Shown here in pieces: positions 1 through 13,217 of a stretch of DNA of 46,789 bases. The stretch comes from Octopus bimaculoides. Lineage: Eukaryota. Below the pieces are notes generated by a model. That model searched no databases. It saw only the letters and a program-made list of their open reading frames with translations, and had not been told where the DNA came from. The stretch is from NCBI RefSeq assembly GCF_001194135.2, contig NC_068984.1, positions 45,882,225-45,929,013 of the forward strand. The letters are read 5' to 3'. Both the position numbers and the translations under genes were made by a program. Position 1 is the stretch's first letter, and the number at the start of each line of letters is the position of its first letter.

Positions 1-690
1 CTTGAATAAGGTTTGTTTTAGGATGATGAATGAAACACCCATGTTTCCAGAGGTGAACTATTCAACCCCCAAAGAATTCCTCTCAACACATGGCTATGAT
101 GCTCCCCAACTACTTCTGCTTGTGATGAGAGATGCACATATCATCTGCCACCAGGAGACATGCTCAACTGGTTTAAGTTAAACAAATGACAAGCAAATCT
201 GTGGTATTGAGCAGAATATTTGCTGTAGACCATCTTTTAAACCAAGACAAATCATGTATATAATAACACTTCCAATCAGTTAAGGTCAAAAGCTACGAGA
301 GCACTGCCTGGTAGTGCAGCAGGACGTAAAGCCACGAAAGCCACTGCCTGGTACAGAATAATCGCATAAAGCCACAAGAATCACTACATGGTACTGCATC
401 AGGGTAGGAACCTACGAGAGCCATTGCCTGGTACTGCATTATCATCATCATCATTATTATTATTATTGAATGAGAGTGCATGCCATCAAAGTGACACTGG
501 TGTAAAATATACGAAGCACAGTATACCCATCATCACTACTTGTCTGATAAGTGTACACCAGGCAGGTGCATCACAACCGTATGTGCACAACATGTTGATC
601 TCATATCAAGATAAGCAGCGCATGACATTGCAGGTGGGGGCCTAGTTAGAATTTTCGTTAGGTCAAGTAGCCCATCCCGTTCAAATAAAA
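1..690. repeat. Interspersed repeat (probable LINE/SINE 3' region), cut by window start, with an internal 40-nt tandem and an (ATC/ATT)n tract
   Basis: GC-richer than the flanks; resembles an abundant octopus repeat as I remember it (not searched); 40-nt period at 291-440 is directly visible. Confidence 0.5.
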
Positions 691-1934
691 CATCGCTCAG
701 AATGAAATGAGAGAACTGTCAAAGTGAAAGGATATTGAAGCAAACTAAAATAAGCAGTATGTTTGGTATAAAAGTGAATGTCATCACTCATAATTTGATT
801 GCTGGGTATGACATAATACTACAATTATCATGTACAGAAACAGAGGTAAAAACAAACATGCCTAAGTGAAACAAAAATATTCGAACTACTATGTACACAG
901 CTAAATACAAATATTTAATTATCGCATTGAACACATAAATCTTGCTTATTACAGACAAAAGAAAAAATTCTCAATGCATAATAATTCCTCTTATTCTCAT
1001 TAAATCAAGTTTCATGATTTTCCGAATCATCCTATATTGGATTCCTAAAGTCAGGTAAGTAGTCCCACAATAAAATGGATTATTATAGAATAAAGTGTAA
1101 TTCAGTAGATGTACTTCTGTCAATTAAGTGCTGCTGAAAAGTACAAAATTTTGGTTCTACCTGGGTGTTTTTGGAATAAAGGAGAAGAAATCTTGTATTA
1201 CAGCATGCTTCAATCCTTCAAACACATTCCTCTGCTAGAGGATTTTGAAGTCCAGACTAGCTAATATTACAGGGCTGAAATAGCTGTTGACCCTTAAGAG
1301 GAAGACTCTAGATAAGCGAAGGCATGAAGGCACACACGCTAAATCAGATTGTAAAGAGTGGAATCGAGTTGAAAATAATGGCGGGTATATTATTCTATCT
1401 CTGTATTCGTTCGTTACTGTTTGTTTTATTTTAAAGTGGCGTGATAGTGTTGTCGATGTGGGCGTCATGTTGATGTTTGTGTCAAAGAATTTGTTGGCGT
1501 TGGTCGTGCTGTTGATATCGAAGATGGTTTTGTTGTGATGACGATGGTGCTAGCTGTGCTTGCTATGAAGGTGACGGCGAGGTGATGGTAGTATTAATAT
1601 CATCTATCGCCGGTGTTTGTAATAGGGGACGCACCTGCAGGTCCTTGAGAATTGTGATTGGAATAGCAGAAATCGATGAGGCTTATATTTTGCAATTTCA
1701 TGATTGTAGTCACGTGATCCTTTGTAATTAATGAGTTGTCGAGAATTCTAATGTAAGGACGATAAACAAATGAAAAAATATAATAACCCTCGCCCCGACT
1801 AGATCTCAGTTTGATAAATAATTTAATTTAGTACCTTTTCCTTCTATTAGTTACCCGCTTCACTCTACTCTCTCTCTTTCCTACATTTTATTTATTCTTT
1901 TGTTCTTCGCCACATTTACTTTTTTATTTAAACA

Positions 1935-1935
<1 letters not shown>

Positions 1936-1987
<52 letters not shown>

Positions 1988-2254
1988 CCTATCTATCTAT
2001 CTATATGTCTGTATGTCTGTCTGTCTATCTATCTTTTTCATTCTTCCTGTCTACATCCAATTTTTATAATTTTCATATACGTTTTCATATTTCTTTATCA
2101 TTTTTCTACCTTATTTTCACTATCCTAAATCTAATATTACTCATATCCTCATCGTAATCGCTATAATTATCCAACCCCTTCTCCACTCTTCTTCTTCTTC
2201 TTCTTCTTCTTCTTCTTCTTCTTCTTCTTCTTCTTCTTCTTCTTCTTCTTCTTC
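1936..2254. repeat. (TATC)n and (TTC)n microsatellites running into a gap
   Basis: Directly visible; (TTC)n ends at N-run 2255-2852. Confidence 0.95.
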
Positions 2255-3000
2255 NNNNNNNNNNNNNNNNNNNNNNNNNNNNNNNNNNNNNNNNNNNNNN
2301 NNNNNNNNNNNNNNNNNNNNNNNNNNNNNNNNNNNNNNNNNNNNNNNNNNNNNNNNNNNNNNNNNNNNNNNNNNNNNNNNNNNNNNNNNNNNNNNNNNNN
2401 NNNNNNNNNNNNNNNNNNNNNNNNNNNNNNNNNNNNNNNNNNNNNNNNNNNNNNNNNNNNNNNNNNNNNNNNNNNNNNNNNNNNNNNNNNNNNNNNNNNN
2501 NNNNNNNNNNNNNNNNNNNNNNNNNNNNNNNNNNNNNNNNNNNNNNNNNNNNNNNNNNNNNNNNNNNNNNNNNNNNNNNNNNNNNNNNNNNNNNNNNNNN
2601 NNNNNNNNNNNNNNNNNNNNNNNNNNNNNNNNNNNNNNNNNNNNNNNNNNNNNNNNNNNNNNNNNNNNNNNNNNNNNNNNNNNNNNNNNNNNNNNNNNNN
2701 NNNNNNNNNNNNNNNNNNNNNNNNNNNNNNNNNNNNNNNNNNNNNNNNNNNNNNNNNNNNNNNNNNNNNNNNNNNNNNNNNNNNNNNNNNNNNNNNNNNN
2801 NNNNNNNNNNNNNNNNNNNNNNNNNNNNNNNNNNNNNNNNNNNNNNNNNNNNACATACATATTCAATATAAAGTATAAGAGAAATTTCCCATAACAGGTA
2901 ACTTCTACACGCTAGAAGGCAGTCAAAAACCACAAAGTAAAACATTTCAAAGGGGAGAGAAAATAAAAACTTTTACCTTATTTCTAACCTTTTTTTTATA

Positions 3001-3010
3001 TATATGCATG

Positions 3011-3076
<66 letters not shown>

Positions 3077-3250
3077 CACACATGTATATATGTATGCATG
3101 TATGTATGTACGTATGTATGTATGCGTGTATGTATGTATGTACGTACATATGTATGTATGTATGTATCTATATATTTGCATATATACATACTTGTATGTA
3201 TGTATATATGCAAACGAGCATTGTGCGTTGTGTGTGTGTGTGTGTGTGTG
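3001..3250. repeat. Compound (TA)/(TG)/(TATG) microsatellite
   Basis: Directly visible. Confidence 0.95.
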
Positions 3251-6200
3251 AACTGAAAAGAATTAAGAAAAGAACATTTGCTAAATACATCTGTTTAGGT
3301 ATATATGCCGAATTGAAATTAATTAGGACAAAGTTCCTATTGAAGAATAAATAATTGTAGTTTTACAAACTAATATAAATATATTTATTCTAGATTTTTC
3401 CGTAGACATAGGAACATTTTAACGGTAGATGAAATTTGAAGCGTAAAAAAAGCTCTATCGCTTATTTATTAATTTATCTTTGCTGATGAAATTTAATTGT
3501 TCAATTGCTAAAATGAATTAGTAACCACAAAAATAGCACTTATCAGCAATAGTCTGGAAACAAGGAAAAGCTGAAAGTATCTCTTTATGAACTAAAATAA
3601 GATTTCGCAAAAATAAAGCAGCATGAATTAATAAATTTGATATTATGTTACTTAATTAAAATGTATTAAAATCTTAGATGTGAATCTAAATAAAAAGCAC
3701 GTAACTGAAGTTTGTACAAATTGGATTAGTATAAACATAACGTGCTTTAGATTATTTCGTAAATAATCGAGATTCATTAATTTTAACTGTAGATTAAATT
3801 TGGAAACCTTAGGATAGAATAAAATCTCGTAGTTACAAACTTCGTGAGTGTACGATATGTATTAAATAAAAATAAAGGTTCAAAAGACCAAAGATATTAT
3901 ATTGTTATACCATTTCAATAATGGATATGTGTAAGATCTAGGTACCTTTTGAAATAATAGTATTTGTATATGTAATGCAGAAAATATCTCGAGATAAGTA
4001 TATTGTAAATTATTATAGAGTCTAAGATTTCTGTTGGGTACGTGAACTGGTAATAGGCTAAACATTTTGGTGTAATATGAAACAGAATAATGAAAACTAA
4101 CAAACAAAAAACTTTAAGCGATTTAACATATTGATAGATTAAAAGTATTGTCAGTCAAAGTATAAAACATAAAAATGAAATAAGTATTGGAACGTCAGTA
4201 GAGACGGTTTGAATTTCAGAAATTTTCAGGATATGAGAATGTATACGAGATTAGTTAAATCATTTGATATTGATTTGAAACGTTTTGATTTGAGAAAGTG
4301 TGCATATCTGCAAGTGGAGACTATTTTTCAAAAGAAATTAATTGGTGACCAGAAATTCGTAGCATTTAGAGATGCAAACCTAACAATGTCTCTTAATAGG
4401 CTTTTCAAATCATATGATTCAGTAGAAAGAGACGTATTTGTTGACATGAAGTTCGAAATGCACATTCATGGAGAAGTAACTACTACTTTGCTTTGGTTTC
4501 TAACATTTTAAAATGCTGATAGAATTTGATGCAAAAGGAATTGATCATTAATCTTCAGTAAAAATTAGAGATTAAGTTTGTATTAACTGTAGTACATTGA
4601 ACTTATTCATTTGCGATAGACTTTTCTTCAAATGAAATATTATTGGGCTTATAGTATCTGTAGTTAGAAGGGAAAATGTCTAAGTAGTTTTAAAATTCTC
4701 TCGCTACTGTCATTGACTGGCACTTAAAAGTTGGCTGGACAATGATAAACAATACATATCTTAATTTTTGAGAGCTGACTCGTCAAGTAATTCAAGAAAT
4801 TTTAGAAAGGCTTCAGCTGTAATTAAGGATCTTGGATCTTTGGGAAAATTTGATATTCTTGTGGAACCTACAAGTAGTTGGGAATTATTGTGACCTAATA
4901 ATAATAAGATATCCTCTCCAAATAAAGCTCTAGAAATGCTTGGGTATCAGGTATTTAGAATATCAATTTACCAATGTTTTCTGTCATCTGAATTCTTCAA
5001 ACCCATACGTCATTTATGCTTCTTAATCTAAATGTGTTTGTCAAAGAAGTCAATAAACTTTTAACTCGTAAAATTATATCAATGTCTGTGTTCTTGAGAT
5101 GAGCTATTAAGACGTTACGCGCGGTTATAAAAAAAAAGTTTGTGATTGTTGGATAATTATTTATTAATTGACAGAAAGAGGAAGAAATGGAAATGTTCTC
5201 CCCCAGTTTTAGGTTAAATCATTGTATTATTGAATATTTTTTTTTTTTCATCAGGGTAGGCGTGGGTTGCATTGATTTTGGAAATCGTAGAGAGTAATAT
5301 ATTTTGTAATATATTTTTTGCTAATGATTCTCGTATCTATTTGTGAAGGATTAATCATTCTTGTAGAATGGCGACTTATGGTCTCAAACTTGGAAATGTG
5401 TGTTATGTTACAAGAACCTCGGCCCCGCGTACAATATTTTATTCGTTGGAAACGCTTTTATATTGATATCATTTTATATTAATGTCGTTTAACATTTTAT
5501 AATTTGCTTTTTATATACATTTGTAATTGAATTAGAAAGAAGACGGATGGGTGGGGTTGCTTGTCGATTTTTGTTTAATTTTCGTTGACGAAAATTATTG
5601 CTAATAACTTCTTGATCTTATTCCTGATATTTTAAAAGAGTTCTTGTTCCTTCTGAATTATTATTTTTAATCAAAACGGAATAAGTCGTTTTCAAACGCT
5701 TATATTAACTTGTTTGAATGTGGATATTTAAGAAAATTAATTTTCTGTTTGATCTTCATGTTAGGTTTCTTCGAGGAAATAATGTTTCTATTTGATCCTC
5801 TTAATAAAACTTACTGTTTATGAAAGCATTTTAGATGCACTTTCTCAAAATATGTAGGTATATTTTTTACACAGAAATGACGTCGTTTCGCTGTAGTAGC
5901 TTTTAAACAACTGTTTATGTTTATAAAGGGTCACGCAAAATGAGTTCATTTATTAATATAAATTTTTAGTCACTAATATAAGAAACGTAAGCTCTTAGCT
6001 GAATAAACAACTCGATATGTTAGGTAGGATGAGATATATATTGCTTTAAAAACTACCAGTAACTTCGAAGCTCTGCCTGTTGAACATCTTAATGCTATAA
6101 CGAGTAACTGATTTTAATCATTTCAAAGATTAGTCACATATATTATGAGCGGTCAGGGTTCTGGGGAAATAAAATTAAACATAATAGAAAATGTTTTCTT

Positions 6201-8786
6201 AAATAAATGAGCTACAGAAGGAGATAACGGATGTGCTTGATTTCCCCCTCCGAAATAAATGTCTCATGCAAACATTTAACAAACATATTCTTTAAGCGTT
6301 TCCAAATTAAGTCTGTAGTAAAAACTTTTATTAGTGGAAGGGGTATTATCACGAAATAAGTTAAAACAATGTGTATCTATATGTGTATAATTGCTTCTAT
6401 ATATTTCTTAGGTTTTATCAACAGAGTTGTTTGTTCAAGCGAATCTAGAACCCAGTATTCGTGATATATTACTCATAATACATGAAATGGTTGAGGAGCA
6501 TAATATCTATGCACAATATATATATATATATATATATATANNNNNNNNNNNNNNNNNNNNNNNNNNNTATATATGTATTTTCAAAGGAACATAAATATAC
6601 CGATCGATTTCTATATATTTTTATAAACAACATAATATATCCACATAAATATTGAATACTTTACTATACACATACGTTAATGTGCACACGCATACACACA
6701 GAAACAAAAACATTTAGCACCATGACACATAAAAACGCACCCTCAAGCGCATGCACACATATATCTTAAGATGACTATATTTCTATAATTTAATTTATAC
6801 AGAAGACTAATATACGTTATATTTATACACTGGAGCAATCAATTATGGCTATTTCATTTAACTTTCCTTATTAAGTGTTTTCTTTATATAGCAAAGTGAA
6901 ACGGAATGGAAAAATAATATATAAGGCAGAAATAATTTAGAAAATATAATAATTTAAAACGTTAAATATTTTACGGAAATAGTAGAAATTGTCTGGAAAG
7001 CAGTAAATTAAGAAAAAAAAATCTTTCTAATATTTTGCTGTCAAAAGCTGTATTAACTATTCCCACTCCCGTCGGAGATTTATCGCTTTCTTAATATGTC
7101 GTTGTAATTCTTCTGACATTTTGACGCTGTGTGTCTGGGTACTTATGCTAAAAAAATTAACAAAGAACAAAGCGATAAACTGGAAAACAATAAATAAAAA
7201 ATACAAACAAAAATAATTTTAAGTGACAGAAAATTGTGTATTCGATTTTTAATTTATAGTAAAATACACATATAAGTACTTAAAAAGAACCGAATTGATA
7301 TANNNNNNNNNNNNNNNNNNNNNNNNNNNNNNNNNNNNNNNNNNNNNNNNNNNNNNNNNNNNNNNNNNNNNNNNNNNNNNNNNNNNNNNNNNNNNNNNNN
7401 NNNNNNNNNNNNNNNNNNNNNNNNNNNNNNNNNNNNNNNNNNNNNNNNNNNNNNNNNNNNNNNNNNNNNNNNNNNNNNNNNNNNNNNNNNNNNNNNNNNN
7501 NNNNNNNNNNNNNNNNNNNNNNNNNNNNNNNNNNNNNNNNNNNNNNNNNNNNNNNNNNNNNNNNNNNNNNNNNNNNNNNNNNNNNNNNNNNNNNNNNNNN
7601 NNNNNNNNNNNNNNNNNNNNNNNNNNNNNNNNNNNNNNNNNNNNNNNNNNNNNNNNNNNNNNNNNNNNNNNNNNNNNNNNNNNNNNNNNNNNNNNNNNNN
7701 NNNNNNNNNNNNNNNNNNNNNNNNNNNNNNNNNNNNNNNNNNNNNNNNNNNNNNNNNNNNNNNNNNNNNNNNNNNNNNNNNNNNNNNNNNNNNNNNNNNN
7801 NNNNNNNNNNNNNNNNNNNNNNNNNNNNNNNNNNNNNNNNNNNNNNNNNNNNNNNNNNNNNNNNNNNNNNNNNNNNNNNNNNNNNNNNNNNNNNNNNNNN
7901 NNNNNNNNNNNNNNNNNNNNNNNNNNNNNNNNNNNNNNNNNNNNNNNNNNNNNNNNNNNNNNNNNNNNNNNNNNNNNNNNNNNNNNNNNNNNNNNNNNNN
8001 NNNNNNNNNNNNNNNNNNNNNNNNNNNNNNNNNNNNNNNNNNNNNNNNNNNNNNNNNNNNNNNNNNNNNNNNNNNNNNNNNNNNNNNNNNNNNNNNNNNN
8101 NNNNNNNNNNNNNNNNNNNNNNNNNNNNNNNNNNNNNNNNNNNNNNNNNNNNNNNNNNNNNNNNNNNNTATATATATATATATATGAAATGAGTTAGAAA
8201 TATAATGAAGTAAATGTAAGACACAGAAACTAAAATACAATAACAAATAACTGTGCTCTACCCACCAAACCTTGGTTAATATATTCTTTGCGTTAAAATT
8301 GCAAAAACTGAATAATTTATTTATGCTAGAGGCGTTTATCTCTTTCACACTCTATTTCTTATTTTCAACTTCATATTCAATGCTATGTCTCTCATCATCA
8401 GAGCGCCTTCACCAGTAACACCACATATTTGAGCATGACACCAGTTACCAGTTAAACTATCAGCATGACCAATAACTCTTTCAACAATGTTTATATTGTA
8501 AATATTCTCTAACAGTGTAGATAGATTTACACTGATATTGTGATCTATATGTACACTTAAGTACAAGCAGCATACAGCGACTAGAAAACAGATATAAATA
8601 CCTATGCAGACATACATATGTAGGGATGTACCTAGCTACATTCATTCACACATACATAAATACATACATACATACATACATTCATACATACATACATACA
8701 TACATACATACATGCATATATACATACATATTTACGTACATGCATAGACATGTACAAACACATACACTGATTTGTGCATGCATAAA

Positions 8787-9175
8787 GATGTGACTGTATG
8801 GAAAGAAGCTTGCCTCCCAACCATATGGTCCCGGATTCAGTCCCACTGCGTGGCATCTTTAGCAAAGTGCTTTCTACTATATCTTTGGACCGACCAAAGC
8901 CTTGTGAGTGGGTTGGTAGACGGAAACTGAAAGAACCCCGTCGTATATATATGTATGCATATATATATATGTGTGTGAATCTGTGTTTGTCCTCCATCAC
9001 CACTTGGCAACCGCCCTCGGTATGTTTAAGTCCCCGTAACTAAGCGCTTCGGCAAAGAGACCGATAGAATAAATAGTAGGCTAAAAATAAGTACTAGGGT
9101 CGATTCATTCGACTAAAACTTCAAGGCGGTACTCCAGCATGACCGCAGTCTAATGACTGAAATAGGTAAAAGATG
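8787..9175 (+). mobile_element. SINE family A, full-length copy (tRNA-like head, internal TA/TG tract, LINE-like tail)
   Basis: Head aagaagcttgcctcccaacc...ggattcagtccc (B-box-like); body ccgaccaaagccttgtgagtg...gacggaaactgaaag; tail ggcggtactccagcatgaccgcagtc. Homologous to copies at 10683, 19993, 27401, 30429 and 43561. Possible short TSD aaagatg (8784-8790 / 9168-9174). Confidence 0.85.
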
Positions 9176-9230
9176 ATATATATATATATATATATATATA
9201 TCATACATGTATTATATTCATATAAATGAA

Positions 9231-9765
9231 ACAGTGTAAAATTAACGACGTAACTCGAGGCGATGCAGCAAAGCTACACAATGCGACATATCAAGTAATG
9301 GGAGAGACTGAAAGAGTTAAAACTCTTCTCCCTGGATGAAATCGGGGAAAATATGCAGCAATATAGGTCTAGAAAATCTTAGAAAAACTTGGCCGTTGTC
9401 AGTTACATAAATAACAAGACAGAGCGCCACTCTGTAGTACCAAAAGTCCGACCGTTGCCATCAGGGTACAGAACCAGATACTGCAAAAGATTGAGCTTCA
9501 AAGACCCACAGTTCTTCAATATCCTCTCGTAAAGCCCGAGAGACCTGCATGGCGTGCATGTAGGCTTTTTCAAAACAGAACTGTATCTCCTTCTGTCAAG
9601 AGTTCCAGATGAATCTATCTCAAGGCAAAAAAGACGGATGAGGACAGGAACGTAAAAGTCCCTCATCCACCAAATGTCACATATCAGGGGAGGTTTACTG
9701 AAAGTGTAGCAAAGCAAATGGCGGTGCTCAAGCATGGCCACAGTTCTTGTACTGAGACTAAAAAT
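9231..9765 (+). mobile_element. CR1-clade LINE, 5'-truncated: decayed ORF2 C-terminus plus 3' tail
   Basis: Translation across stops and frameshifts gives WERLKELKLFSL...RHSVVPKV...YRTRYCKRLSFKDPQFFNIL*SPRDLHGVHVGFFKTELYLLLSRVPDE...KSLIHQ. This matches the CR1 ORF2 terminal pattern YWERLKxLxLxSLERRR...GPxLFNxLP...FKxxLDxxLxxVPDEP. Confidence 0.85.
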
Positions 9766-9912
9766 AAATAAACAAATATATGGTGCGTGTGTGTGCGCGA
9801 GCGCGCGTGATGTGCGCGTGGATATATATATATATATATATATATATAAATTCACACTGACACACACACATATATATACAAATATACCCATACATATATA
9901 TATATACATATA

Positions 9913-9948
<36 letters not shown>

Positions 9949-10405
9949 TNNNNNNNNNNTATATATATGTATATATAAATATATATATATATATACATAC
10001 ATATATAAATATATTATTGTTTTATTTTTATAAGCCGAGTTTTGATTTAGTGCTTTCATAATTTATTACACATACATGCACGGCCGCACACAAATACCCA
10101 ACACATACACACACAGACACATAGGCTATCTCGGAAAAGAAGCTTGAAGAAATATGAATAAAAAATCATACATACATTAATTTAATAAATGCGTATGAAA
10201 CACTTAAGTATGAATATAACCCATTAATGCCCTTCACTTTGTTTATCATCATGTTGGATGAATTGTAAGATATATGATGTACGACTCTATATATTTCATA
10301 TGTTAAATATAAATAATAAGCAAGTATACACATATTTCATGAATTTGTTTATATATATATTTTTGGTTGTCGCTATTAAGATAGGGGAGAAAATATAGAT
10401 CTTAC

Positions 10406-10469
10406 AAGTAATAGCATGCAACATCTATGCAACCAACACAGGATCTGAAGATTTTTCCGGGGGTAATAT
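10406..10469 (-). other. Candidate 64-nt exon (unverified)
   Basis: Minus strand reads T28-ACAATTCAG | exon | GTAAGA; two frames are open (xITPGKIFRSCVGCIDVACYY; YYPRKNLQILCWLHRCCMLLL). Confidence 0.3.
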
Positions 10470-10474
10470 CTGAA

Positions 10475-10507
<33 letters not shown>

Positions 10508-10682
10508 GTGACCAAGTCAAGTAGGACCCAGCCCTATACGAATATTTCTTAGAAAGTGAATTCTGCTAAAGATATCAATGATAAGTTGTTGTTTAGCAAT
10601 TAGGACAGCCTCGATTCCAAAGACTAAAGATCAAAGAAGTTCTAGCAATTAGTATTTGGTCGATTTCTATATATTTCTTATC

Positions 10683-11075
10683 TCTCGTTTGTTTCAGTCG
10701 TTAGACTGCGGCCATGTTGGGGCACCTCCTTGAAGAATTTATAGTCGAATGTATTGATCACAGTATTTTCTTTGTTTTAAGCCTGGTACTTATTATATCG
10801 TCACTTTTACCAAGGAGCTATGTCATGGGGACGTAAACACATCAACACCAGTTGTCAAGCGGTGGAGGAGGATAAACACAGACACCAATACTTAGATACC
10901 CGCACACACACACATATATACGATGGGTTTCTTTTACTTTCCGTCTACCAAATACACCCACAAGGCTTTGGTCGGCCCGAGACTATAGTAGAAGACACTT
11001 GCCCAAAGTGCCACTGCAGTGGGACTGAACCTAGAACTATGTGGTTGGAAAGAAAACTCCTTACTACACAACCAA
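10683..11075 (-). mobile_element. SINE family A, full-length copy
   Basis: Reverse complement aligns end to end with 8787-9175. Confidence 0.85.
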
Positions 11076-11961
11076 TGTTTATATACATTTTGAGACAATA
11101 TGGAGTAGCTTCAGGGAGGTTCGGCTGTTATATTTAGCAAATTGAATAACTGAGTAGAGGATGACTGGCTGGAGAGAGGTGGTGATGTTAAATGAAGCAC
11201 TGTGTTGGATTGAAATGGGGAGAGTGTTAAGTGAATCCTCACGTAGTTTTTGACTCAGGAGGTTTATAGTCAGATCTGTTTCTGAATCGAATTACAAGTT
11301 TTCACAATGCAAAAAAATAATATTAGAAAATTATACCCACCACCTCCCAAAATGTGTTGAATTTTCACCCGAAAAAGTGACAAAGGCCAGAGGGAACGTA
11401 AGTAATCTGCATGAGATAAGCTTAAAGACTGGAGAAGTTTTACAGTTTTTCACACACACACACATACACATACATACTCACAACACACGCATATATATAT
11501 ACATATAATGCATATATGCAAACATATAGCAGCCACTACGAACTTCAGGCCACGACAGACAAAGAGGATGCTCTTGAGGCCGAGAATTTGAACTTACGGT
11601 GACAATATTTACATTACGCCTGAAACAACACAAGCAGATCTCATAATGTAGGGAAAGTGTTGCATAACCAAATACCTGCACGCCTGGAAAATTACGTTGC
11701 GTTGAAACAACGATTGAAAATAAATGTCCAACCGTGTTGACTCTAAATTGTTTCAATTATCTGGATAGTAAAGGTAAAATCTAAATCAACTGTAAGTATA
11801 TGCGTGACAACTGGTATATACATATTATATAACAAGTATATGATATATATATTCACATGTATATATATACATGAGCATATATATAAGGATTTATTTTTCG
11901 TAATGAGATAAAATACCAAGGCTGTGTGCATTATAGAACATTTATAAATAGGTCTTTCTGA

Positions 11962-12002
<41 letters not shown>

Positions 12003-12867
12003 NNNNNNNNNNNNNNNNNNNNNNNNNNNNNNNNNNNNNNNNNNNNNNNNNNNNNNNNNNNNNNNNNNNNNNNNNNNNNNNNNNNNNNNNNNNNNNNNNN
12101 NNNNNNNNNNNNNNNNNNNNNNNNNNNNNNNNNNNNNNNNNNNNNNNNNNNNNNNNNNNNNNNNNNNNNNNNNNNNNNNNNNNNNNNNNNNNNNNNNNNN
12201 NNNNNNNNNNNNNNNNNNNNNNNNNNNNNNNNNNNNNNNNNNNNNNNNNNNNNNNNNNNNNNNNNNNNNNNNNNNNNNNNNNNNNNNNNNNNNNNNNNNN
12301 NNNNNNNNNNNNNNNNNNNNNNNNNNNNNNNNNNNNNNNNNNNNNNNNNNNNNNNNNNNNNNNNNNNNNNNNNNNNNNNNNNNNNNNNNNNNNNNNNNNN
12401 NNNNNNNNNNNNNNNNNNNNNNNNNNNNNNNNNNNNNNNNNNNNNNNNNNNNNNNNNNNNNNNNNNNNNNNNNNNNNNNNNNNNNNNNNNNNNNNNNNNN
12501 NNNNNNNNNNNNNNNNNNNNNNNNNNNNNNNNNNNNNNNNNNNNNNNNNNNNNNNNNNNNNNNNNNNNNNNNNNNNNNNNNNNNNNNNNNNNNNNNNNNN
12601 NNNNNNNNNNNNNNNNNNNNNNNNNNNNNNNNNNNNNNNNNNNNNNNNNNNNNNNNNNNNNNNNNNNNNNNNNNNNNNNNNNNNNNNNNNNNNNNNNNNN
12701 NNNNNNNNNNNNNNNNNNNNNNNNNNNNNNNNNNNNNNNNNNNNNNNNNNNNNNNNNNNNNNNNNNNNNNNNNNNNNNNNNNNNNNNNNNNNNNNNNNNN
12801 NNNNNNNNNNNNNNNNNNNNNNNNNNNNNNNNNNNNNNNNNNNNNNNNNNNNNNNNNNNNNNNNNNN

Positions 12868-12902
<35 letters not shown>

Positions 12903-12987
12903 GCATAATAATGATATATATTTTGAACATAGTATGTATAGTGGAAGGGAATTTAATGTACACAACATATGAAGAAAATATTGATTA

Positions 12988-13196
12988 CAAATTTTGGCAC
13001 AAGGCCAGTAAGTTCGGGAGAGAGGGCTTGTCGATTATATCGACCGGAGTTCTCAGCTGGAGCTTATTTTATCGACCTCTAAATAATGAAAGACAACGTC
13101 GGTCTCAACGGAATTTCGTTTTAGAACGCTATGACGGACGAAATGACGCTAGGCATTTTGCCCGGCGTGCTAAAAACTTTTGCCGGTTTGCCGCCT
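12988..13196 (-). mobile_element. SINE family B copy
   Basis: Reverse complement ggcggcaaaccggcaaaagtttttagcacgccgggcaaaatgcctagcgtcatttcgtccgtc aligns with 39357-39562 and 44332-44543. Confidence 0.85.
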
Positions 13197-13217
13197 TATA
13201 TGAAAAGAAAATACTAG

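Noticed and set aside
291-440. CRISPR-like repeat-spacer appearance
   Set aside because: Eukaryotic context, degenerate repeats, related spacers, no cas genes.
1010-1054. Perfect CAG|GTAAGT donor with a possible 45-nt exon
   Set aside because: Acceptor is weak and one such 9-mer in this window is not unlikely by chance.
8345-8617. 90-aa minus ORF with a possible ttttctag acceptor
   Set aside because: No recognisable motif; length within chance expectation; frame not compatible with the 10406 candidate exon.
9403-10059. 218-aa minus ORF
   Set aside because: Antisense of the CR1 fragment plus microsatellite and gap.
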